A stretch of DNA of 64,000 nt from Lama guanicoe. Lineage: Eukaryota. This document shows, piece by piece, positions 1 to 12,962 of the stretch. Location of the stretch: NCBI GenBank assembly GCA_013239625.1, contig MU056303.1, forward strand, positions 9,604,049 through 9,668,048, read 5' to 3'. A model generated the notes under the pieces. It was not told the origin of the DNA. It saw nothing but the letters and a program-made list of their open reading frames with translations, and searched no databases. The position numbers and the translations under genes were made by a program. Position 1 is the first letter of the stretch. Every line of letters begins with the position of its first letter.

Positions 1-423
1 AAAAGACTACCTGAGAACATGCCTTTCCTATGTAAACCAACCAGTCCAGAGCCCACGCCCCCAACTACCTCCTTTATCAGGCTCTCCCACTCCAGGCCAC
101 TCTCCCCCTGCCCTGGTCACCTAGGGCCAGGTACCAGGTGACTCAGGACAGCCCCAGTGCCTCAGAACCTGCTGACATTATTCAAACTAGCCAACCCTAA
201 ACCTGATGACACTTCCCTGCCTATTCCTTCCCATGGAAGCTACTAAAGGCTTTGCCCACAGTTCCCCTCGCTCCCTCTGACTCCTGACCCACCCTGCTGC
301 TTCCCCGTGTGGCCCCTCCCACTGAGAGCTCTGAGTATAACAATCTATCTTTTCAATGACAATTTCTTCCTGATTTGTTGGCTTCCCCATAACTCAGTAA
401 CAATAAAACCTACATTGTAAAAA
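1..423 (+). mobile_element. ERVL-class solo LTR, MER74-like (5' end outside window)
   Basis: Motifs AAACCAACCAGTCCAGAGCCC, ATTCAAACTAGCCAACCCTAAACCTG, GCTTCCCCGTGTGGCC; two related copies at ~34.7 and ~52.7 kb. Confidence 0.75.
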
Positions 424-494
424 CAGATTGATTCAGTTGGGGACTCACGGAATTTTTTTCTAGTTGCTTCACATGTGTCAGGGGAAAAGCCAAG

Positions 495-690
495 AAATCA
501 GATGCCTTGAGTTCAAGTCCTACCCTCTCCTTCCTACTTACACAGCTTTGCATGAATCCACTTCTCAGGGCCCCATTTTTCTTATGTATAAAGTGGGAAG
601 GCTACGCTACATATAAGAGTCGGGTGTGAGATGATATAACATATCAAAAGTGCTTTCTAAACTATACAGTTAAGACGTTACCATAATTCC
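495..690 (+). mobile_element. MIR SINE relic
   Basis: GAGTTCAAGTCCT...CTCAGGGCCCCATTTTTCTTATGTATAAAGTGGG MIR core-like. Confidence 0.55.
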
Positions 691-856
691 CTATCCTTGT
701 ATATTGTAAAGTCCTTGCCTATGTGAACGATCTATCTCATAAGCTTCTCTTGGGCCCATCACTTGGTGGATTACACCTAGTCAAGGCCAAAGAATTAACT
801 GACAGATGCCACAGACAGAAAGGAGAGTAAGTCTCTCTCCTTCCCAACCGTTCCTA

Positions 857-1009
<153 letters not shown>

Positions 1010-1302
1010 TCACGTGAGGATGCAGTGAATGAATATGGGACAACCAACACTGAGGGTCAACACTATGCCCAGACAACCTGCTTCTTCCTGAAGCCACAGC
1101 TGTGGAGTGCTACGGGACCATGAGTGCTACATGACCACGATCTCAGGCCGGGGCCACGAGGCTTCAGGAACAGAACTGTATCTCCAGGACATCAGCAGCT
1201 GAGATGACTCAGAATGCTAACTGGACCAACCAGACTCCTCAGACGGCTCCTGGAGGGAACATCCCTGCCTTCTGGACATTAACTCCTAANNNNNNNNNNN
1301 NN

Positions 1303-2509
<1,207 letters not shown>

Positions 2510-2529
2510 CTACCAGTCCTTCAAGGCCC

Positions 2530-2830
2530 ATTTCCAATCCCTTCTTCCAAGAAGCCTTCCATATCCATGTCAAACCCTGGTGATCTCCCCAGCTCAGAGC
2601 AGTGGTAGCACTACCTACCTCTCTGGCAATTAGCATGCAATGTTCCACATTGGTTTTTTTTAATATGTTCACCTATTGACTTCATCTCCCAGCAAGATGA
2701 TTAGCCCCTTTCATGCAAAAACTACTTCCTCTTCTCCTCCTCTCCTCATGATGCGTAGCCCAGTATTGCCCACTCAGTGTGTAACGGATGGATGGATGGA
2801 TGGATGGATGAGTGAATGAAAGAATGAGCA
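2530..2830 (+). mobile_element. L2 3' end with (GGAT)n/GAAT tail
   Basis: CCTTCTTCCAAGAAGCCTTCC motif; tail ggatggatgg...gaatgaa (2786-2827). Confidence 0.6.
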
Positions 2831-2984
2831 CTCATACTGGCTCCCTCCCTACACAAACTTACTTCAAATGGAGGGAAAGACATGAGGCTCAGTGGATTCC
2901 CTCAGGGCTGAGCAGGAAGCCAGGGAGATGCACCCCGACCCCCTGCCTGCCACCTTCCCCTCCCTAGGCCCCAGCACCCCCTAC

Positions 2985-3170
2985 CTAGCCAAGGGTCTCC
3001 TGGCCCTATTGACAGCCTCCAGGTCGGCGTAGCGNNNNNNNNNNNNNNNNNNNNNNNNNNNNNNNNNNNNNNNNNNNNNNNNNNNNNNNNNNNNNNNNNN
3101 NNNNNNNNNNNNNNNNNNNNNNNNNNNNNNNNNNNNNNNNNNNNNNNNNNNNNNNNNNNNNNNNNNNNNN
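2985..3170 (-). CDS. RHOBTB2: RHOBTB2 coding exon (...RYADLEAVNRARRPLAR); 5' part masked
   Basis: Donor gtaggg at 2984; visible codons 2985-3034; the expected 186-nt length puts the acceptor at the end of N-run 3035-3174. Confidence 0.9.
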
Positions 3171-3698
3171 NNNNGAGTGGGAGAGTGAGGTTATGGGCAG
3201 AGAAAGCTAGCGGTAGGTTACCTGCCCCTGGGACGAGGGAGAACACACACCCCCACCCGCACGTCCTACACTGCAGTCCCACATCTGTCATACGTATCTG
3301 CTCACATGATCTTACATAAAGCATATGATAACTATAATAACTGTACCTCTAATTTGGCATTTTCGAACTTTCAGAGACTCTTGTTTTGACTTCACGGCTA
3401 TCTTGCGAGTTAGAAATGACCATTTTGTCCATCTCACAGCTGAGAAAAATAATCTCAGAGCAGCTCTCCTAATTGCTCAAAGTCCCAAAGCTACTGGATA
3501 ACAGGGTAGGACTCAAACCACGCCTCCTGCCGGTGAAGCCAGCTCTCTGCACTGCCAGGGCAGCCTCCCCCACGAGGGTCAGCCAGCGCTGTTTTCCCCC
3601 TCCTTCCTCCCAGGTTCAATTTCAGAGTTGCTTCAGTCCTTGGGATACGGGAGAAACCCATCCACTTGGCTCCCTGCAGGTGGCCGGGGCCTTCCCTA

Positions 3699-3884
<186 letters not shown>

Positions 3885-4358
3885 TCATAGCTCATTCCCG
3901 AGGGTCCTGCAGCATGGAGGGGTGGAGGGGTGGCCAGTGCCACCCTCTGTGTGCCCTACAACACTTTCCTCTGGGTGCCGTCTCTGCAGAGTCACTAACA
4001 AGGGCGGCCTCCAAGCTGCCAGGAGGGAAGAGGCTCTAAGAGGCAGAGTGTTATCTCTCTGCCTGCCCTTGTTCCCAGCTTGACCTGTGAATCGGACGTT
4101 TACAAGCCTCCGATCCTTTGGTCTTATGAGCTGGGAACTTCTTTCTTCCTGCCAGCTCTCATCTCTCCTAAGCACCCCGCCCCTCTCCCCCTTTCAGAGC
4201 TCCCATAACTGGGGGCTGTGATTATACAAGATGCTGGGCCCCAGGCACCAACTCAGCCATGCAAAACACAAATGGTCCAGGACCCTCCCTGGGGTGGGCT
4301 GCCCTCAGACTTCTTGCCAGGGGCTCGGCACTGTTCGGCTGTCCCCACCCCACTCCTA

Positions 4359-4736
<378 letters not shown>

Positions 4737-7700
4737 TCAGCTGGGGCTGCCCTCTCTCCCAGCATGGGAGCGGAGAGGAGGAGAAGGGACCGGGCAGCGT
4801 TCTGGGCAAGAGCTCTGCAGGGGCCCAAGAAGACAGGAGCCCCTTCAGGCTGAGAGGCGCAGCTCCACCGGGTGAACCGCTCCTCTCCCTCCTGTAGCCA
4901 CCATTCTCCGATGGGGCCTCTGGCTGGGGGTCGCCTGGGAGAGGTCACGGGGCAGAGTCTGCCTAGGGTCGGTCCCCGCTCTCCCAGGAAGAGAAAAGTC
5001 TGCCTGGGAAGCTCACTCATCACCCGCCCTCCTGCTCCAGCCAGCAGAACAACAAACAGCTGAGACAAGCAGAGTCAGGGCCAAGATCCCCACCCCTTCC
5101 CAGCACGCCTGAGGGCAGGGCCACTTGAAAAATGTAATGGACTTGTCAGAGCTGGGCGCAGGTCTCCTGGGCTCCACCTCTCTTCTATTCCTCTCTGGTG
5201 GAGCATTTCCAAGCCCCGGCCTGCCTGTGGCTACCTTGCCATCCCAGCCCCAAGCCCCACCTAATGGAGATGCCAGTTTTTCTTCCCTGGCTCTCTGAGC
5301 TGGGGAGGCTTCTGGATACTCCAGAGCAGCCCACAGGCCTCTCCTCTCCTCCACTGGGTCTGTCTTGTTACCTATGTGACTCGCTAAGCAGGCTCAGTTT
5401 TGGGATGGGGGGGTAACTACGGGCCTGGGACGATATACCTCATGGCCAGTGGGCCTTCCCATTCCCTGCCCAGGCCTGCCCTCCAAGCATCCTGCATCTG
5501 CTTTCAGGGAAAGTGAGATACGCTCCCTTCCATACTTCTCCTTCCTGGGGAGGAGGATTTTCAGGCTGGAAGCCCCCAGACACCAACACTCCCGGCAAGA
5601 CGTTTGCTACATTGGCTGCATGGGTGATCGGAAGCAGACAGTCAGAAACTTGGGCCTGAATTTCTGGGCAAATGCTTGCCTCAGTTTTCTTCTGTGTTAA
5701 GTAGAGAGGAAGTGGCTTGTCCACCCACAGACGGATGGTTCAAAGTGACAAACAGAAGGCCCTTCTGTAGTCAAAATGTCACGTCAGTGCTTAAAAAGCT
5801 GTCACCAGGAGGGGGGCCCTTGGCTTGAAGGGGCTTTTGCTGGCAGCCTCCCAGCTGGCATCCACCCTCCTGGAAGGAACAAGGAGAGAGGGTAAAGGTA
5901 GATGCAGGGCAGGCATTATTAGGAAGCTGGGGTCATTGGCCTGCCTGTGCTCATGTTCCCTGTGCTCCAGCTAGGGGCTGGAGCAATTTGGAGAAATCCT
6001 TCCTAGGCCAAGGAAGGCTAAGCTCAGGAGTCCTGGAGGCCACCCAGGTGCCCTCACTGCTGAGCCATCCAGCCCAAGAGCCAGGCCACCAGCAGCAACA
6101 GAGCAGCTCTGCTCCTGCCGGGCTGTAACTGGATGCCAGCATGCAGGAATGCAGACCTGAAATATCCAAGTAACGATGGCAACTGGGATTTGCGCGAGTG
6201 GAAGCATCTCAGCCACCTAAGCAAAAAGTACAGCAAGGACTTTTCAATGAGACGAGCACCTCCTCCTTCTTGGAATTTTACAGGATCAGGACCTCAAACA
6301 ACAAAGGGTCTCCCATGCAGGTCCCTCCCCAGTTTCCAGGGCAATCATCTGCCTCATTCCTTCTCCCTCTTGCAGCCCTCCTCGCCCTCCCCAGCAAGCA
6401 ACTGTTATTCTAACCACCCTCCCTGCTCTCTCTTCTGAGCTGAGGACCGGGAACCCCATGTTGACAGTTCCCGGTTTTAAGTCAGGCAGCTGGGAGGATG
6501 AGTAGGTGCTGAGGGGAATCTTCTGGATTGTGGTTTCTGTTTTATCATGAAGAACAAAACAGATAGAATCCCCCAAACACATACGGCTGTAGGAGAAAGA
6601 TAAAAACCTACTAGCCAAGAGCACCTCTTTCTCAAATTTAGATCTTAGCAGCATGTGGGCGGGGGGCAGGTGAGGAGGCCCGGAGGAGGGACATCAGTTC
6701 TTAGCTCCAGGAGCATCTGGAATGGCGAGGACGATGTCAAAACCCCATCAGAGCAATGCTGGTCCAAGATCAGCGAGTTTACAATTCAAAAATTCACTCA
6801 CACGTTATCCACCTCTGGGGTTAAGTAGGGGCCAGCCAGCCAACAAGCAGGAGAGCGACACTGTGCTATGAGCTCAGACAGCAAACCTGTTGGGTACTAC
6901 TCTGGCTGAAGAGCCTCTCCCCATCCACTCCTCAGCTGCCCCTGTGGCCTTTCCCTGCTTGTCCTTCGACTTCCTCCTGATTTTTATCATTCTTACCCAC
7001 TCCACCCCTGTCCCATCTCCCTGATTGGCAAAATTCATTGTTGTATCACGGAAAGGACAAATCACTTCACATCTCTGGGCAGCAGTCTGTCCTTCTGGAA
7101 AATGGGTATGAGGGCTTTGAAAGAAAGTCTGCTGAATCTTGGTTGAATTTGTGCCAAGACAGCCTGGGCTGAAAGGAGGTATCTGCCTTCTTACGTAATG
7201 TGGTATTATATAATGCTAGATTACATATCTATATGTGTAATTATATCTCTCTTTAAGATACAGACTGGCCCAATTAAGGCAGCAGAACTCTGTCCAGTCA
7301 GGCCTGTCTTAAACAGGGACCCTGTACAGGAGATAGCGTGCCATTGCCAACAGTAATGTAATTTTTGCTCTAGAATATCGCTACTTTACTGTATCATCGC
7401 TGATATATGGTGGTACAACCCACTCAATGAGCTTCTCAACTTCCCTTTCCTTCTGGCACTCTCTCCCTCAATGACTCTAGACTTTTCCACACAATTGCCT
7501 CATCCCCACTCTTCTTGAGCCTCCTGACTAACCTCCCTCCACTATGGCTTCCTTGACACCCTGCCTGGGCTATCATGACCCCCAGGCCACTTGTCTCCCT
7601 CAGTGATCCCAGAATCACCTAGATGCTCCCTTCCCACCCCATCCCACAGTCCCTGCCATCTCCTGCCCACTGCTCTCCCAGCTCTTTGTACTCAGGCCAG

Positions 7701-8499
7701 GCCAAAACGAAAGGTGTGCTCAGATTAGCTACAACCCTCACCAGCTCCCAGTCCCACCCCCACACCCCTACAGACACTCTTTGCGGAGCCGAGAAAAGCC
7801 CCCTTTTCCCTCCCACAGCTGATAGGAGGCTTGTTCATCTGTACCTGCCCTAGTCTGGTTGTCAAGGAAACGACAGAATCTCCCAGGGAGCCTGCCTTGT
7901 CTCCTAGCAACCAAATCCCACATCCTGCATGTTACAAAATACGAAAGGAAGGAATATCGTGAAAATGAAGGTAAAAATCAAGGAGGATGGAAAGGAAGGG
8001 AGAATCAGGAACAGAAGAGCAGAGAGGGCGGCATTCCAATTAAAGAAGGCTCCCACTGGGGGTTGCTGGCATTGTAACATGGGAGAAGGTGGAGAGATGA
8101 ATCCCCCAATAGATCCCATGGACAGCAAGGCCCAAAGGGCTCTTGAATGGTCATACTAACAAAAAACGCAAGCCTAAACACAAAATAAATCTTCTCAAAC
8201 ATCAATAAACAACCCTAAGGATTTCTCCCAGTAGTTTGCCAGAACTCGGATACACAGACTGCAGTGGAGTTGGGTTGAAAGAAACATCTCCAGAACGGCT
8301 AAAAAAACACCCACATTCCATTGGTTTTTCAAGGAAACATTTCCACCATTCTGGACCTTTTTTTTCCGAACACGCTTCTCTGCACACACACAGAATAAAA
8401 ATTTTTTAATTTTCACTGGGGAAGGGGGAAGGCCACGACACACCACGGCAATCAAGTCATCTTCCTTTCCCTAGAAAAACCCAGAAAAGGTTAGTTCGC

Positions 8500-9600
8500 C
8501 GTCTCCTAGGACCCCAACAGCCGAAACTGTAGCCCAGGGAGAGGAAGCCCAGGGGAAGTCAGGAGGGGCGCAGACAGGGCCTAGGAGGACGCAGGACGGG
8601 GGAAGCGGCGCGTTTCCAGAGGCTACCTGTAATCCGGCCATAATAGAAATTAATCATTTACTTACACCGCTACATGTGACGGGGTAATTTCTAGTGTAAG
8701 GAACCCATCTCTTCCTGCTAAGCACGCTCATTTTAGTGAAATGTCTGGGGTCACTCCGCGCGTGCAAGTTAGGACGATGCCGGCGCCGCCGCGCTGCTGC
8801 NNNNNNNNNNNNNNNNNNNNNNNNNNNNNNNNNNNNNNNNNNNNNNNNNNNNNNNNNNNNNNNNNNNNNNNNNNNNNNNNNNNNNNNNNNNNNNNNNNNN
8901 NNNNNNNNNNNNNNNNNNNNNNNNNNNNNNNCGGGTCACGTTAGATCAGAAACTCTGACAGAGCAGCCCAGGCCGGACGGCGGGCCGGGAGCGGCCGCGC
9001 GCGCGGCACTGCAGCCATTGCCTCTTCCGGATCAGCATCTCCCCGCGCCCGCGGCGCCCAATGTCATGGAGGCGCGCCGGAGCTGGGCAGCGGGCGGCCG
9101 CTCCAACCTCGGGCGGCTGGGCCGCGCCGCCGCCGCCGGTCCTCTGGCTGCGGAAGCTGGAGGCGGCGCTCAGGAGTGGGTAAGAGGGGCGAGGCCGCCG
9201 CTGCTACGCGCCGGGGCCGGCTCCGAAGGCGCGGCCGCGAAGACGCCTTAAACTGCAGTCCCGGGGACCGCTCGCAACCTCCTTTTTTCATTCACAAAAA
9301 AGGAAAGAGAAAAAAAAGAAAGGAGGGAGGGAAAAGGGGGGTAAAAATCGCACCCAAAGCTGCTGCCGTGACAGACACCGCCCACCGCGGCGCTCAGTTG
9401 GTGGAGAGGGTTCGGGGGGCGGAGAAGGGGCGGGGAAAGAAGGTGATTGGGCGCCTTGGAGGCCCCGCCCCACGGCGCCGCTCGCTCCCTGCCTTCTCCC
9501 CTCCCCCCCCTTGGAGGGACGCGGCTTAGAGGGTCTCGTCCGCGTCCGTGTATCTGACTAGGCTCAAAACCACACTGGACTTCCGCGGGATTTCCCCCTT
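8500..9600. promoter_or_regulatory. CpG-island promoter of RHOBTB2 (possibly bidirectional)
   Basis: Very high GC and CpG density, GC boxes (GGGGCGG ~9416, GGGCGGGG ~9427), inverted CCAAT (GATTGG ~9445). Confidence 0.9.
8666..9300 (-). other. RHOBTB2: Probable non-coding first exon of RHOBTB2 (TSS approximate)
   Basis: Consensus donor ggt|gtaagta at 8665 at the downstream edge of the CpG island; alternative donor cag|gtagcc at 8626. Confidence 0.6.
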
Positions 9601-11384
9601 TCTTCCGAGAGGCTGAGGAAGAACTCTAAGAGCATCCTAGTCAGCCCTGGAAAGGATGCGAATTAAGGAAGGGGAACTCGATATTTTTTCCATGTCCCTT
9701 AGACCCAGGCCTCCACCACTTGCCCATGGGAAAAGGAAGACAGCGTTTCCTCTGCCGGCATGGGCGTTTTCCTGGCATCTGAGGGACTCCCCTCCACCAG
9801 CACCCCTGCAGCTACAGCCTATGCCTCCGATTTCCATGGCCCTTGATGAGTTTCAGTGTGGGTCCCTGTACCACCTGTACCTGTTTCCCATCTAGGCCTT
9901 CTCCCCGGGCCCTGTGCTCCAGCAGTCTCCACTTCCATCCCACATCCATCCTATTGTCACCTGGAGGTCACCAGTATCTTCCCACCCCTGAAAGAAATGC
10001 CACGAAGACACTAACCCCAGAGACATTACCTAAGGCACCTTTGGGCTCTCTGTCTCAAAATTCTATAAAAATAGAGAGGTTACAGGGGATGACGTCTGTC
10101 ATATGAGTGGTTGCCAAAGGAAGTTTCCATGTTCAAAACTGGTTTGATTATGACGATCTTGACTGCTAGTAATTACAGTAGTCAGCTCAGTCTGGTTTTG
10201 TCCATCTTGTCAGTTACCGCTGAACAATTTTTAAAGCCTAGACCGACATGCCTCCCACTTCACCCGCTTTGTCACACCTCCAACTTGTGCTCTGAGAATG
10301 CAAATCCACTTTAATGCTAGTTCATGCAACATGTAATTGCCAAAATACAAAATCAAGTCAAAAACGAGTTTTGTATTGCCTGAAGCATACTTGCCATCTA
10401 TGAATTCATGTAATTGGGAGTTGCCCAAGGTATTTGTGTTTTCTAGTGCTGTCCATGTTCAGTAAGTGCACTATTGGTGGAGGATGCTTCCCCTACCTCC
10501 TTCTGAATCTACCTAAAGCTGGAGAAGAGATTAAGGATGATCGAGGGTGCTACTTCACACTGCTGGCTAGGACTCACTCTTCATAAAACAAGAGGGTTGG
10601 TTTGAATACATGCTTAGGAAGGAAACTAAACCCTGTATTGGTGTGCAGTTCCCACATGTTTGGTGTTGAACAGCCTTACCCCATCCTCTGTGCATCAGAG
10701 GTCACTGCATCAAAGAAGGGCACAGCATGAGATCTCTGCATGGGTGCCACGGGGGCCCAGGACGTCTGACACCCAAGTCCCTCCACCTACTCCAGAGTGC
10801 CAGCCTATTGGCTTCATGTTTCACACATCCCGGCAGCAGGCACAGCCCCAGTGCAGCACAGAGCAGGAAAACAGAAGTGACCTCTATCGAAAGTCATGGG
10901 GCTATGGGGCCTGCAGCTGTGGAGCTAATGCCCTCTCCCTCTTTGGATAAAGAGGCACCAGATCCCAGGCTTTTCTCCTCATCAGGGCAACTGAAAATTC
11001 TCAACTCTTCAGGCAGATTACTAGCAACCTCCAGCCCTCAGCCTCTGCCCCTGTTGTGGCTAATGCCAGGCCTTCCTCCCATCCAACCCTAACCTTCAAT
11101 TCACCCCTCCCAGCTACTCAAGACAGCCTCAAGATCTTGGCTCCCAGGCCAAGGATCTGGCTACCAGGTTTGTTTCATCTTTGCCCAGCCCTCCAATGCC
11201 AGAATCCTGGAAAACGTCTGTTCTCTGAGTCTGGGTCCCTCACCAGCAACTGAGGAGTCAGTGGCAGCCCTGTCCCAGGCTCCAGCTCCCAGCAGCGTCT
11301 CATGGCACAGGCAGCCTCCTCACTCCCCACCTTGCACCCCTCCCACCCCAGTCCTGGGGAGTCCATTTCCCTTGCTTCAGATTA

Positions 11385-11638
11385 CAGTCATTCCTTGGTA
11401 CCTGCTGGGGATTGGTTTCGGGAGCCTCTGAGTATAACAAAATCCTCAGATGTTCAAGTTCCTTATATAAAATGGCAAAGTACAATGAGTACAGTTGGTA
11501 CTCTCTAGTCTCCAATTTCCATGCAGATGCAGAAACCTGTGGATACAGAGCACCAACTGTATACGTATTTATTGGGGAAAAAATATGCCTGTAAGTGGAC
11601 CTGCACAGTTCAAACCCTTGTTGTTCAAGTGTCAACTA
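11385..11638 (+). mobile_element. MER2-like (Tigger/TcMar) DNA transposon
   Basis: Starts CAGTCATTCCTTGGTA, ends GTTCAAGTGTCAACTA, flanked by TA on both sides. Confidence 0.8.
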
Positions 11639-11729
11639 TACTTCTCAAGTCAGGCCTAGGTGGGAAGTTTTTCCGGAAAATCTCCTGGCCTGTTTCTCTC
11701 TCTGCCTCCTCCTTTCTTCTATTACAAAG

Positions 11730-11749
11730 ACACACACACACACACACAC
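11730..11749. repeat. (CA)n microsatellite
   Basis: ~10 CA units. Confidence 0.9.
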
Positions 11750-12592
11750 CAGCCGCCTCTGCCCAGGTCCTGCAGCTTGGAACCACTGTGTGTTTCTTTG
11801 GAGCACTTCACAGCAGGCTATTGATTCCCCTACATGACTGGCTGGCTGGGTGTCTGCTCTGCCTCTCTGCTGGTGGCCCCAGCAAAGCCCCGCCTCGGCC
11901 TGTCTTTCTCACCCTGGGAAGACAGTGCTGGGCTGCAGACTGAGGGGTTCCTTGCAACTTGGAGGTAGGTTCCATTTCAGTTTCCCACCTCCCCCAACAC
12001 CTGATCCCTCACCACAGCCCCCTTGTGACTCCTCCTCCCGAGTGACATAAACCCCTTGAACTTGTCCCCAGAAGGCACCCCCTTCATCTATCCCCATAAC
12101 CACCCTCCTCCAGGACATTAGGCACTGCCGCTTTCCTGAAGCCCATGAACTGGAGGCTGGGTCTGGGGAGAGAACTCTCCATCTGGTTCTCAGAAAGGTG
12201 CCCATGCAGTAGGCTGTCAGCCAGTGCTACCATGCCCGCCTCTCCCTGTGGCTCTGAAGGTCGCTCCCCAGGATGGCCCGGGCTAGGCAGACCCCTCCTA
12301 CTGCACCTGCCTCCAACCTCCAAGCATATTCTATTTGCTTCACAGGGGGCTTCATCCTCTCAACTATTGGCAGGCTATTAACCTCTCTTGTCTTCACCTC
12401 TCACCTGGAACACCCAAGCCTCTGTGAAGCCCACTCCACAGGGCTTATGACATGGGGTGACCCTCACCCCAGCAGTGGGCAGAGTCTGGGGCCCTGCACA
12501 AGAGCAAAAGCAGAGGCTTCACCTCAGGGTGAAGGAGCCAAGTCTAGAGGCCTGGAGTCTCTCAGCCTCCTGGCCCAGGGTTCAGGGGTTAC

Positions 12593-12606
12593 CTCCAGGT
12601 CTTCAT
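12593..12606 (-). CDS. RHOBTB2: Candidate alternative first coding exon of RHOBTB2 (MKTWR, in frame with SQL-MDSD)
   Basis: ATG AAG ACC TGG AG|gtaacc; 14 nt plus 10 nt of exon-2 leader = 24 nt, in frame. Confidence 0.45.
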
Positions 12607-12629
12607 GAGGAGACAGGACTCTTCTGGGC

Positions 12630-12962
12630 CTTTGCTCAAGCGGTTCCCTCAGGCTGAACAGCCTTCCTCTTCCCACTTTCTTCACTTGCATAATGAGTAA
12701 TCATCCTTCAAATTTCAGCCTGAATGTCTCTTCCTCCAGGAAGCCTTCCATGATCATCCCCTACAAAATCTAGGCTCCCTGCCCTTCCTCTACACTCCCC
12801 TAATAATACCAGTCACACTGCTGTATCACTGGGTCTCTGTGCCTTACAATACTGAGAACTCTTTAGGGAAAGGACTATGCTTATTCAAAGAGTACTCTTT
12901 GTGCTGATTTAGTGCCTGGCAACAGACCCTCAGGAGGCACTCAGATCCTTGATGGATGAATC
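12630..12962 (+). mobile_element. L2 3' fragment
   Basis: TCTTCCTCCAGGAAGCCTTCC...AGTGCCTGGCAACAG...GGATGAAT. Confidence 0.65.
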
